From: Candidatus Thorarchaeota archaeon
GTDB lineage: Archaea; Asgardarchaeota; Thorarchaeia; Thorarchaeales; Thorarchaeaceae
Length of the DNA: 31,332 nucleotides
Direction of reading: 5' to 3'
NCBI GenBank assembly: GCA_011364905.1
Contig: RDNZ01000032.1
Location: 1-31,332 of the forward strand
Numbering within the stretch: position 1 is the first letter of the stretch; every line of letters starts with the position of its first letter. Position numbers and translations under genes: made by a program. The notes under the pieces were generated by a model. That model searched no databases and was not told the DNA's origin. It saw nothing but the letters and a program-made list of their open reading frames with translations. Of this stretch, positions 9,451 to 17,610 are shown piece after piece.

Positions 9451-10518
9451 TTGGGAAGAGACCATAACCTTGCATCTGAGAAGAGCCAAGAATGGCTTAA
9501 GGAGAACACTAAACGCTATGCTTTCAAGAAACTAGAGAGAGATGTCATTGCTTCGGGAGCTTGTGTGGAATGTGGGTCCTGTGTCGTAGGTTGCCCGGTG
9601 GATGCATTAACAGGGGAATTTGTTGATAGCAAGTATACTCCCACACTTACAGGAAAATGTACAGCTTGCGGAATCTGTTATGCAATGTGCCCGAGGACAT
9701 TCGTATTGGAAAACGAGGTTATAGGAGATTATGTAGGTGTTTGGAAAGCTCGATCCCTCGGAAGTCAAGGCCGCCAAGATGGAGGCGTTGTGACTGCTTT
9801 ACTGGCTATGATGTTAGACAAAGGAGAGATTGAGGCAGCAATCACAGTGGGACAAATCGATGACAAACCGTGGATGCCAGTGGCAAAACGGAACACAAGT
9901 AAGAAGGAAGTCCTTGATTCAGGCGGCACCATCTATACGCATGCACAAGTTGTGGGGGAGATGCATAACTGCTACAAGGAGAATCTTTCATCAGTTGCTG
10001 TGGTAGGAACGTCCTGCAATATTGATGCAATCAATCGAATGCAAGTCCATCCAGGAGGACTCTTCAATATTGATTCAAAAATGAGTGTCTTCAAAATTTG
10101 TCTCTTTTGCACGGAATCTTTTGGATATAATGGTCTGGTCAGCTTTTTGAAAAGCCAGAATATCAACATAAAGAAAGTCGAACGATTCGCGATTGCAAAG
10201 GGTGAGTTCAGCGTCACTATAGGTGGGGAAACAAGAAGTTGGCCAGTGAAAGATCTTGACTCCCTTGCTGCATCCTCTTGCGCCTATTGCAGTGATTATA
10301 CAGGGATGAATTCGGATATTTCATGTGGAAACGTCGGAACAGACGAGGGTTGGACCACTGTCATTGTTAGGAGTAAAAGAGCTGAAGGAATTCTAAAGGA
10401 TGCCATCAAGAATGGTATTATAGAAGCAGAGGAGATTGACGAAAAAGCCATCCAAGCTGTAATCAATTCGGCACGGTTCAAGATGAACAAGAGATATGCT
10501 CTTCAATCCTCTCCCTAG
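9451..10518 (+). CDS. Coenzyme F420 hydrogenase/dehydrogenase beta-subunit family protein (FrhB/FpoF-like) with an N-terminal 2x[4Fe-4S] ferredoxin domain
   Basis: CxxCxxCxxxCP twice, 'QDGGVVTALL', 'VGTSC', 'LFCTESF', 'CAYCSDYTG..SDISCGNVG..GWT.VIVR'. Confidence 0.9.
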   Translation: MGRDHNLASEKSQEWLKENTKRYAFKKLERDVIASGACVECGSCVVGCPVDALTGEFVDSKYTPTLTGKCTACGICYAMCPRTFVLENEVIGDYVGVWKARSLGSQGRQDGGVVTALLAMMLDKGEIEAAITVGQIDDKPWMPVAKRNTSKKEVLDSGGTIYTHAQVVGEMHNCYKENLSSVAVVGTSCNIDAINRMQVHPGGLFNIDSKMSVFKICLFCTESFGYNGLVSFLKSQNINIKKVERFAIAKGEFSVTIGGETRSWPVKDLDSLAASSCAYCSDYTGMNSDISCGNVGTDEGWTTVIVRSKRAEGILKDAIKNGIIEAEEIDEKAIQAVINSARFKMNKRYALQSSP

Positions 10519-10590
10519 GAGTTTTCAGCCATATAGGACAAGAGGTCAAAATGTCAACTCTTAAGAAACGAAACACACCCGAAACTGAAG

Positions 10591-11103
10591 ATGAAGAATA
10601 TTTTATTGACCGGAAAGCCAGGAGTTGGAAAGACAACTGCAATAAGACGTATTGTAGATGAGTTGAAGGCCAACACAACCGCAGGCTTTTGGTCAACAGA
10701 AATTAGAGAGAACGGACGAAGAGTTGGCTTTGGGATTGAAACACTCTCAGGAAAAACAGGAGTACTCGCACATGTAAATATTCAGCGTGGACCTCGTGTT
10801 AGCAAGTATAGAGTTAATGTTGAGGCGATTAACTCAATTGTTGTGCCTGAGTTAAAAGCCGCTCGTGAATCAGGGAAAGCAATCATTATCGATGAGATTG
10901 CCACGATGGAACTTTTCTCTCAGCAGTTTTTAGACGAAGTCAATAGATGTCTAAACACAAAGCGTGTCGTTGGTACCATTCAATATCGAAGGAGTCATCT
11001 TTTAGATGAAATCAAATCTCGTAACGATGTGGAAATCCTAGAGCTCACTCTGCATAACAGGGATAGAATACCAACGTATGTACTTGGTCTGCTCAAACAG
11101 TAG
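10591..11103 (+). CDS. Nucleoside triphosphatase, THEP1/NTPase_1 family
   Basis: 'LTGKPGVGKTT', 'GFWSTEIRENGRRVGF', 'RVSKYRV', 'IIIDEIATMEL'. Confidence 0.92.
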   Translation: MKNILLTGKPGVGKTTAIRRIVDELKANTTAGFWSTEIRENGRRVGFGIETLSGKTGVLAHVNIQRGPRVSKYRVNVEAINSIVVPELKAARESGKAIIIDEIATMELFSQQFLDEVNRCLNTKRVVGTIQYRRSHLLDEIKSRNDVEILELTLHNRDRIPTYVLGLLKQ

Positions 11104-11108
11104 TGCAA

Positions 11109-12866
11109 TTATCTTGTCCTTGTTTTGAAGTACAACACTAGGACTACTAATAGTGAAAGAGATCCAAATGCCACTACGGCAGCATAGAGTAGGGCTGAAA
11201 CTCTGTTATAACCCTGCGAAGTAATTTCCAAAGCGATCCAACCGGTGTCAAAGATGTTCTTAACTGATGAATTGTCCTCAGCCACCACCTTGAACCAGAC
11301 AGTAGCCCCGTGCTTGAACTCGCCAATGTTCGCTGTGTAAATTTCGTTAATTACTGATAGGGTCATATTCTCTGTATTAGGCTCAAAGTCAGTAGATCCC
11401 GGATCGCCAACGCCCCACTGAACTTCAACACTACTTATGTTATTCAAGTCCCAAACAGAGGCATGGATTGACACATTATTTGCTGTTGGTGTTGAAAAGG
11501 TCTGAATCGCAAATACTTGAGTGACTGTGGGAAGATGAGCATCAGGTGTCACAATAACCTCAATCACAGCATATGCGGTTTGGTTGAAGAAATCAGTATA
11601 GGACATGTTATAGTCGTAGGTTCCGACTTCGAATCCATCCACGTCTATTGCATAGCCCTCTCCGTGCCAAGTACTGTTCTTATATGAGACACCATTTAAT
11701 GTGAGGTTGTAGTACTTTGGATTACTCTCTTCAACTGTCCAGTTGATACTGTATCCAGTATATCCTTCCTCATAGGAGAGGTCACCGGAGGTTGTGATTA
11801 TGGGTGCCCGAATATCTGGATAGACTGTAACATTTACAGAATCATTCGTCATTCTACCAAAGTCATCAAAAAGCGTTAGTGTGATGGTGTAGTTGCCTAG
11901 GAAAAGACCACTGACATCCGCAGAAATATCGGCACCTTTGGGATCCGTAAAGGTCCAGTCTGATTGTATGATATCCGTGAACGTATGAAACTGAGAAACA
12001 TTACCATATGTCGTATCGTTATAGAGGACTATAGCTTTGATTGTGAAGTTCTTTGGATTGCTGTCATAGGCATGCCATATAATTGCGATATCCTTTTCAC
12101 CAAACTCGTACGCAATGTCATCTGGAGAAGTGATTGTAGGAGGAGATAGATCCTGAACAACCGTTACATTAACGACGCTGGTTGCATTCAGTCCAAATTT
12201 ATCTTTCACAAACAGGGAGTAGAGATACCATCGAGAAACATTCAGCCCATCGACATTTATGGTGATGTTCTTGTTGATCCATGGTCCAGATTCAATTACA
12301 GTCGCATTGTTTGTCGGTTCATTTGAAGTACGAGAGATATTATAGAAGTCAGGATTCGCTTCAGTAATATTCCACCGTATCTCATGCCCAAAACTGCCTA
12401 CTTCGTATGTAATGTTTTCCGGCTGTTGAATAATTGGTGGCGATTCGTCCAGTATGACAGTGATCACAGTAGTCGCTGACGCGCTTTCTCCACCATCATT
12501 GAAGACGGTACACACCATTGTCACAGTTTTCGGAAGCGTATCAATGAGCTTCTCATTATATAGCCATGCGAGGTACACTGTGATACTACCACCAGACCAA
12601 AGTCCATTATCCAGTTCGACACCATTGGCGGTGACAGTGTAGTTCTTTGGATTTGGATCATTCGCGTGATAGATAATTGTTAGACCAGTCGTCCCATTCT
12701 CAAATTGATAGGTGCTAGGTCCTGAAATAGTTGGGGCAGCTAGTTCAAACGTTGCTGTCGGAGTAAATGATTGATTATCAGTACTAATCGTGAAGGTATA
12801 AGGTGTAATTACGAACCATGTCAGCATCAAGACTAGTGCAATTCTATGTCGAGATAATGTGATCAT
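11109..12866 (-). CDS. Membrane-anchored cell-surface glycoprotein with about 4-5 tandem Ig-like repeats
   Basis: N-terminal signal-like hydrophobic segment; repeats starting PTISGPSTYQFENG / PPIIQQPENITYEVG / PPTITSPDDIAYEFG / APIITTSGDLSYEEG; more than 20 NxS/T sequons; C-terminal TM followed by KTRTR. Confidence 0.75.
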   Translation of the reverse strand: MITLSRHRIALVLMLTWFVITPYTFTISTDNQSFTPTATFELAAPTISGPSTYQFENGTTGLTIIYHANDPNPKNYTVTANGVELDNGLWSGGSITVYLAWLYNEKLIDTLPKTVTMVCTVFNDGGESASATTVITVILDESPPIIQQPENITYEVGSFGHEIRWNITEANPDFYNISRTSNEPTNNATVIESGPWINKNITINVDGLNVSRWYLYSLFVKDKFGLNATSVVNVTVVQDLSPPTITSPDDIAYEFGEKDIAIIWHAYDSNPKNFTIKAIVLYNDTTYGNVSQFHTFTDIIQSDWTFTDPKGADISADVSGLFLGNYTITLTLFDDFGRMTNDSVNVTVYPDIRAPIITTSGDLSYEEGYTGYSINWTVEESNPKYYNLTLNGVSYKNSTWHGEGYAIDVDGFEVGTYDYNMSYTDFFNQTAYAVIEVIVTPDAHLPTVTQVFAIQTFSTPTANNVSIHASVWDLNNISSVEVQWGVGDPGSTDFEPNTENMTLSVINEIYTANIGEFKHGATVWFKVVAEDNSSVKNIFDTGWIALEITSQGYNRVSALLYAAVVAFGSLSLLVVLVLYFKTRTR

Positions 12867-13066
12867 CAGACCTACTTCCTTCGTCGCCTGTAAAGGACTG
12901 GTTGACCGCTCGAACTTCTTGGCAGGGTTTTATACCCTTCGGTAGTTGAGGACATGGCCAAAGTCAAAGTACATCCGTATAGCATAGGCTGATAAGACGG
13001 ATTGATAACACAAAAAAAGAACAGCTCTGTCTTAATTGGGACTAGCAAGACATTGGGGAAGCAAAC

Positions 13067-13981
13067 GTGCCAAAGGCGATTCACTCTATATGGTGGGATG
13101 ACAACCTTGGACCATCCGTCGGACGCTCATACCCTGAAACAGACAATCTGACCAGTGAAGAAGCTTTGATCATTTTCATGGGTCATGGAGTGAATCGAGA
13201 AGCTGAAATCGGATATTCAAAATTGCCTCGTGGACTGTTTATTTCCTATATGAAACCACCAAATTGCATTGCCATTCATCTTAAGGAAGATGAGAATCCA
13301 ACCATCATTGAACGTAATGTTCTCAGACTTGTAAAGTATATTGATTTCAATAGTGATACATGGGATGCGGAACTACAGAGGGCTTTTGAACTATTGAATG
13401 AGCTGATAGATGAAACAAGTGGTGCTGAACTTCTTACAAATCCAGGTGTCAAAAAGCTCGTTGAGGACTTTGCTAAGAAACGCATGACTTCGATTAAACC
13501 AAAACACGTGCTTCGAGCCTCAGTAAGATATCCTGAAGCGTATGACTACTTTGGTACTGATGATGCAGAAGTTGTAAGACTTCTAAAAGATCTTGAAGAT
13601 GAGAACCTACTAGAATCTCGCACCTATGGAAGACGCATCGAGTGCAGGCAATGTGGCGCTTCAGACTTGACCGTTGAACTTCTTTGTCCAAAATGTGACT
13701 CCAATGACATTCACAAAGTATACACTTTGTTTTGTCCAAAGTGCAGCAATCAATTCCATGCAGTAATGATGGACGATATTGCAGAGGTCGTGTGTCAACA
13801 CTGCAAAGAACCTATCAAAGTTGGAGAACTATCAATTATTGATGTTGAGCCATTGTGTAACCAATGCGGGACAGCATCGAATGATCCAAGGATTGTATTT
13901 CGGTGTGCATCCTGTGGAAAGTATCTACGAGGAGCGGACCTCCTAGCAGGCACTGGTCTGGCTTACTATCCAAAAAAGTAA
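13067..13981 (+). CDS. uDENN/longin-like N-terminal domain fused to a TackOD1-like (wHTH + Zn-ribbon) domain
   Basis: N-terminal 'IHSIWWDDNLGPSVGRSYP'; C-terminal 'VRYPEA...LLKDLEDENLLES' followed by six CxxC motifs (CRQC, CPKC, CPKC, CQHC, CNQC, CASC). Confidence 0.65.
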   Translation: MPKAIHSIWWDDNLGPSVGRSYPETDNLTSEEALIIFMGHGVNREAEIGYSKLPRGLFISYMKPPNCIAIHLKEDENPTIIERNVLRLVKYIDFNSDTWDAELQRAFELLNELIDETSGAELLTNPGVKKLVEDFAKKRMTSIKPKHVLRASVRYPEAYDYFGTDDAEVVRLLKDLEDENLLESRTYGRRIECRQCGASDLTVELLCPKCDSNDIHKVYTLFCPKCSNQFHAVMMDDIAEVVCQHCKEPIKVGELSIIDVEPLCNQCGTASNDPRIVFRCASCGKYLRGADLLAGTGLAYYPKK

Positions 13982-14036
13982 ACCACAAGAGTTTTGTCGC
14001 GGGCTGCTTTGCGTCAAACCGGAGTGAGTTGACAAA

Positions 14037-14903
14037 ATGTCAGTAACCACAATTAATGTAGGAGTAGTCAAGCTTGGTGCCATTGCCTCAGCACCTCTTC
14101 TTGACCTTATACTTGATGAACGTGCAGAACGCGATGATATCAATGTTCGAGCCTTTACCAGCGGTGCAAAGATGGATGAAGAATCCAGTACAGGTCCTGT
14201 TAAGTCAGTCATAGCATGGGCACCTCATTTTGTCCTTGTTGTTAGTCCAAATGCGGCTCTGCCCGGACCAACAAAAGTGAGAGAGATGCTAGCCAAGGCC
14301 AAACTTCCAACAATTACAATCTCTGATGGTCCTGCTGAAAAGGCATTCTACAAAAAAGACGACCAAGGGAAGAAACATGTGGATGTCCTTGAGGGACAAG
14401 GATTCATTGTTATACCTGCGGACTCGATGATTGGCGCAAAGAAGGAGTTCCTTGATCCGACGGAGATGTCTTTGTTCAATTCTGATGCAATCAAGGTTCT
14501 GTCAATAACTGGAGTTGTAAGAGCAATTCAACACGAGCTGGACACAGTAATTACAGCTCTTCAGGAGGGCAAAACTCCCGAGATGCCCAAGGTGAAACTC
14601 ACAGTTGAAAAAATCGTCAACTGCGGATATTTCAAGAATCCATATGCAAAGGCAAAAGCCATTGCCGCTCTGACAATCTCTGAAGCAGTTGCGGATATCA
14701 CAGCAAGAGGATGTTTCAAAACCAAGGAAGCTGAAAATTACATACCTTTGGTTGCAGCTGGTCACGAGATGATGCGAGTCGCGGGCAAGTTAGCGGACGA
14801 AGTCCGTGAATTGGAAAAGACTGAAGATTCTGTATTAAGAAATCCCCATGTGTCAAAGGGCAGAGTAAAAACTAAGACAGCTCTGATGGAGAAGCCAAAG
14901 TAG
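14037..14903 (+). CDS. mtd: F420-dependent methylene-tetrahydromethanopterin dehydrogenase
   Basis: 'KLGAIAS..LLDLILDERAER.DI', 'TSGAKM', 'SPNAALPGP', 'DSMIGAKKEFLDPTEMSLFNSD', 'NPYAKAKA', 'AAGHEMMR'. Confidence 0.95.
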   Translation: MSVTTINVGVVKLGAIASAPLLDLILDERAERDDINVRAFTSGAKMDEESSTGPVKSVIAWAPHFVLVVSPNAALPGPTKVREMLAKAKLPTITISDGPAEKAFYKKDDQGKKHVDVLEGQGFIVIPADSMIGAKKEFLDPTEMSLFNSDAIKVLSITGVVRAIQHELDTVITALQEGKTPEMPKVKLTVEKIVNCGYFKNPYAKAKAIAALTISEAVADITARGCFKTKEAENYIPLVAAGHEMMRVAGKLADEVRELEKTEDSVLRNPHVSKGRVKTKTALMEKPK

Positions 14904-14911
14904 CCTTATTG

Positions 14912-16492
14912 CTACTTCTTCTTCTTCTTTTTCTTTACGGTCTTCTTCACGACTTTGCGGGCATCCTTCAGGATTTTCTCAGCACGAGCGAGACTTAGTC
15001 CTTCAATTTTCTGGGAGAGTCTTTGAGCAGACTCGCCAGCTAGTTGAGCGGCGGATGAATACCCCGCCGCTATCAGTTTTTTCTCGAGGCTGGACCCGAT
15101 GCCGGGAATTCTTCGAAGCGGGAGCATCTCGCTGAACTCATCGCCCAAAATGTCTTCCATTTCACTATCGCTCAACTCAGTACCAGCATCGATGATATCG
15201 AGTTGACTCTTTATTGATGCAAAGTCATCAGCCCTCACGAATGCATCGACTGTCCGCTTTATTTGCCGGGCATCAAAATCAAAGTCAAGATCCTCCATCT
15301 CAATCTCTCTACCGAGAGTAGTGGGCAACGGTCCAGTCAAATAGAGAGCTCCAAGTGACAAAAGAATGGCGAGTTGCCCCCCAATATATGACAGCCAGCC
15401 GGGGGCATTAAAGGTGACTCCAAATACCACCAGGTTTAGGTCCAAAGCCCAAAAAAGGGTCATATATCCAAGGAAAAAGAACCAGTACAGAGAGAGTCTA
15501 AATCCCTTAGTCCTCACGGGACCTAGTTCCGGCCAGATTAGAAGCAGACATAATCCAAGGAGAAAGCCTTCCACAAATCTTTCTGATAATAAGAGAGGCA
15601 ATAAATAGCCAGTACCGTATAGTGAAGAACCAAAAATGGTTAGTAGACCAATGAGGAGAATAACAAATCGAAAAGCTGTTTTCCTACCAAGACGATCCGA
15701 GATGAATCCCGCTAGGAGAATTGATGCTACAAAGGGCAACATTTCGAAATATCCAATATTAACGGACTGACTCAGCGAAACAACCGGAGGATCCAAACCC
15801 AATAGACTCTGCTTTGTGACTGTGAACCAAAGCAGATGAGCTCCAAGAACGAATGTCATTGGAATGAAGTATTTGAACGAACTTCCTGCAATTGTAAGGG
15901 ATGCGCGAGCAACCCTCCATGGTCTGAACGATGCTGAGATCAAAACTGCAACCAATGAAATGAACGCTGGAACAGGAATTTTGTTCATAAGAACTGCGAA
16001 GACTTCGAGACCGTCAATATACCTGAAGAGTAGGTAAAAGATGACTGCTGTAGCTAAGAAGATTGAAACTACTCTTCCACGAAAACGTATCACTACGCTT
16101 TGATTTATTCGTGCAGCCCATGAAATGAGCATGAGAGCAAGACAAGCAAATGTAATAGTAGACAACAAGATCGGATACGATTCTGAAACTACAGGGAGAA
16201 CATCCAAAAAACCAAGAATCCCTACAAAACTCGGTAGCAATGCGGCAATGTACATGAGAAAGTCATGTTTCCTTATTTTGTCAACCAGCAATCCTGAGAG
16301 AGGTAGAGCAATTGTTGCAGTAAGTGCTCCATAGCCAAGAAGTCCATAGTGCTCAGGTACGGTCACACTCATGAAGCTGAATAGAGTACCGGACAAGAGA
16401 CCTACAATGATGTAGATAGAGAATGCCATTGGTACTGCTAGTAACACGTAGATAACCATGGTCTTCAAAGGAAAATCTCTGTACTCCAACAT
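14912..16492 (-). CDS. MFS-like polytopic membrane protein with a C-terminal helix-hairpin-helix (HHH_5-like) domain and poly-Lys tail
   Basis: About 12 TM segments with motif-A-like 'SGLLVDKIRK' and 'AGFISDRLGRK'; C-terminal 'LRRIPGIGSSLEKKLIAAGY...IEGLSLARAEKIL' and 'KKTVKKKKKKK'. Confidence 0.72.
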   Translation of the reverse strand: MLEYRDFPLKTMVIYVLLAVPMAFSIYIIVGLLSGTLFSFMSVTVPEHYGLLGYGALTATIALPLSGLLVDKIRKHDFLMYIAALLPSFVGILGFLDVLPVVSESYPILLSTITFACLALMLISWAARINQSVVIRFRGRVVSIFLATAVIFYLLFRYIDGLEVFAVLMNKIPVPAFISLVAVLISASFRPWRVARASLTIAGSSFKYFIPMTFVLGAHLLWFTVTKQSLLGLDPPVVSLSQSVNIGYFEMLPFVASILLAGFISDRLGRKTAFRFVILLIGLLTIFGSSLYGTGYLLPLLLSERFVEGFLLGLCLLLIWPELGPVRTKGFRLSLYWFFFLGYMTLFWALDLNLVVFGVTFNAPGWLSYIGGQLAILLSLGALYLTGPLPTTLGREIEMEDLDFDFDARQIKRTVDAFVRADDFASIKSQLDIIDAGTELSDSEMEDILGDEFSEMLPLRRIPGIGSSLEKKLIAAGYSSAAQLAGESAQRLSQKIEGLSLARAEKILKDARKVVKKTVKKKKKKK

Positions 16493-16617
16493 GCTGCATC
16501 AACCCGCTACAAACCCAAATCAGTTTCCAGTTATGGATGTTTCGTGCTAATTCACTCATTCAAGGCCGATATCTTAAAGACTATTCAGAATCTGGAATAA
16601 GTCAGGAGTTAAAGTAC

Positions 16618-17517
16618 TTGGTCGAAAAACTCGGTGTTCTTGAATTCATGGTCCTTACAGCTGGCGGGACTCCTATCTTCCATTTCTCCAAGACTGCAAC
16701 CAGAAAATTGGATGAGTTGTTGTCCGGCTTTCTAAGCGCTATCACAAGTTTTGCTACCGAGTTTGGAGAGAAATCAATCCAGAGATTGTCTTTTGAAGGA
16801 TCAGAGCTTTTGTATGAGCAATATGGCACAGACTATCTCTTCATCTTTCTTGTAGAATCGGGCTCATCAGAGAAAGTGTTGCGCGTTGTATTAAGAGAAC
16901 TTACAAAGCGATTCGTTTCGAGATATGAGAACGAGATGAAAATGGACATACCTGTCCTCGATGTGTTTTTGGATTTCGAGCGTGATGTTCGCGCAGTCTT
17001 TGATTACTATGAAGAGATATTGCTCATTATGTCAAGTCTAAGTTCCTTTGTTATTCCAGAAACGAAGAAGGAGAATTTGGACATTGCAATAAGAAGCGGA
17101 GGATTCCTTGACGAATTCCACAGGGATCTTGGAAATTCCGGGAATCGAGTATTATCAGCAATAGATGGTAGGACATCAATCCACAATATTGGCAGGAATT
17201 TAGCGCTTTCAGAAAATGAGATTTTTGAGGTGATCGAGTATTTAGCAATTCGGGGACTTCTCAAGATTTCGAAGTTATGCCCATTGCTTCAGGAGAAAGA
17301 TGCGCGATTTGATGCCTATCTCGACTTGATTGGTCTACCAAACAAGGACTATCAACTCCTTGACCGTGCAAAATCGCTATGCGATGGTGAACACGGCTTA
17401 GTAGATGTTAGTGAAAGGCTTGGAGTTATTCCAGAGCAGTTGTACGATGTTCTTGAGAAGCTTGGTGACGAGGTGGAATGGAAACTCGTCGAGGTGAGCG
17501 GATTAGTAGGTGACTAG
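16618..17517 (+). CDS. Longin-domain protein with two C-terminal winged-helix domains (NPRL2-like architecture), paralogue A
   Basis: Longin pattern 'FMVLTAGGTPIF...LLSGFLSAITSFA...IQRLSF..SELLYE...YLFIFLV...LRELTKRFVSRY'; wHTH 'VLSAIDGRTSIHNIG...VIEYLAIRGLLKI' and 'LCDGEHGLVDVSERLG'. TTG start at 16618 follows AGGAG; the ORF is open from 16537. Confidence 0.7.
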   Translation: MVEKLGVLEFMVLTAGGTPIFHFSKTATRKLDELLSGFLSAITSFATEFGEKSIQRLSFEGSELLYEQYGTDYLFIFLVESGSSEKVLRVVLRELTKRFVSRYENEMKMDIPVLDVFLDFERDVRAVFDYYEEILLIMSSLSSFVIPETKKENLDIAIRSGGFLDEFHRDLGNSGNRVLSAIDGRTSIHNIGRNLALSENEIFEVIEYLAIRGLLKISKLCPLLQEKDARFDAYLDLIGLPNKDYQLLDRAKSLCDGEHGLVDVSERLGVIPEQLYDVLEKLGDEVEWKLVEVSGLVGD

Positions 17518-17550
17518 AACCCCTGAATTAAAGCGTCATCATTTTAGCCA

Positions 17551-17561
17551 AAGATATTAAG
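17551..17561 (+). promoter_or_regulatory. Putative archaeal BRE/TATA box
   Basis: Purine-rich AAG followed by ATATTAAG about 50 nt upstream of the 17611 start. Confidence 0.35.
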
Positions 17562-17610
17562 TGCCTTCACATAATTCGTTGAGCAGCTGTGTTGCTTGGA
17601 GGCCACCTCA

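Noticed and set aside
12867-13066. Possible ncRNA or leader peptide (short hairpins AGGGT/ACCCT and ATCCGT/ACGGAT; 12-codon ORF MAKVKVHPYSIG)
   Set aside because: Stems are only 5-6 bp, there is no tRNA cloverleaf or box C/D pattern, and the region is adequately explained as a divergent promoter containing TTTTATA.
9451-14903. Interpretation as a methanogen locus because of mtd and frhB-like genes
   Set aside because: No mcr/mtr genes are in the window, and H4MPT/F420 enzymes also occur in non-methanogenic archaea including Asgards.
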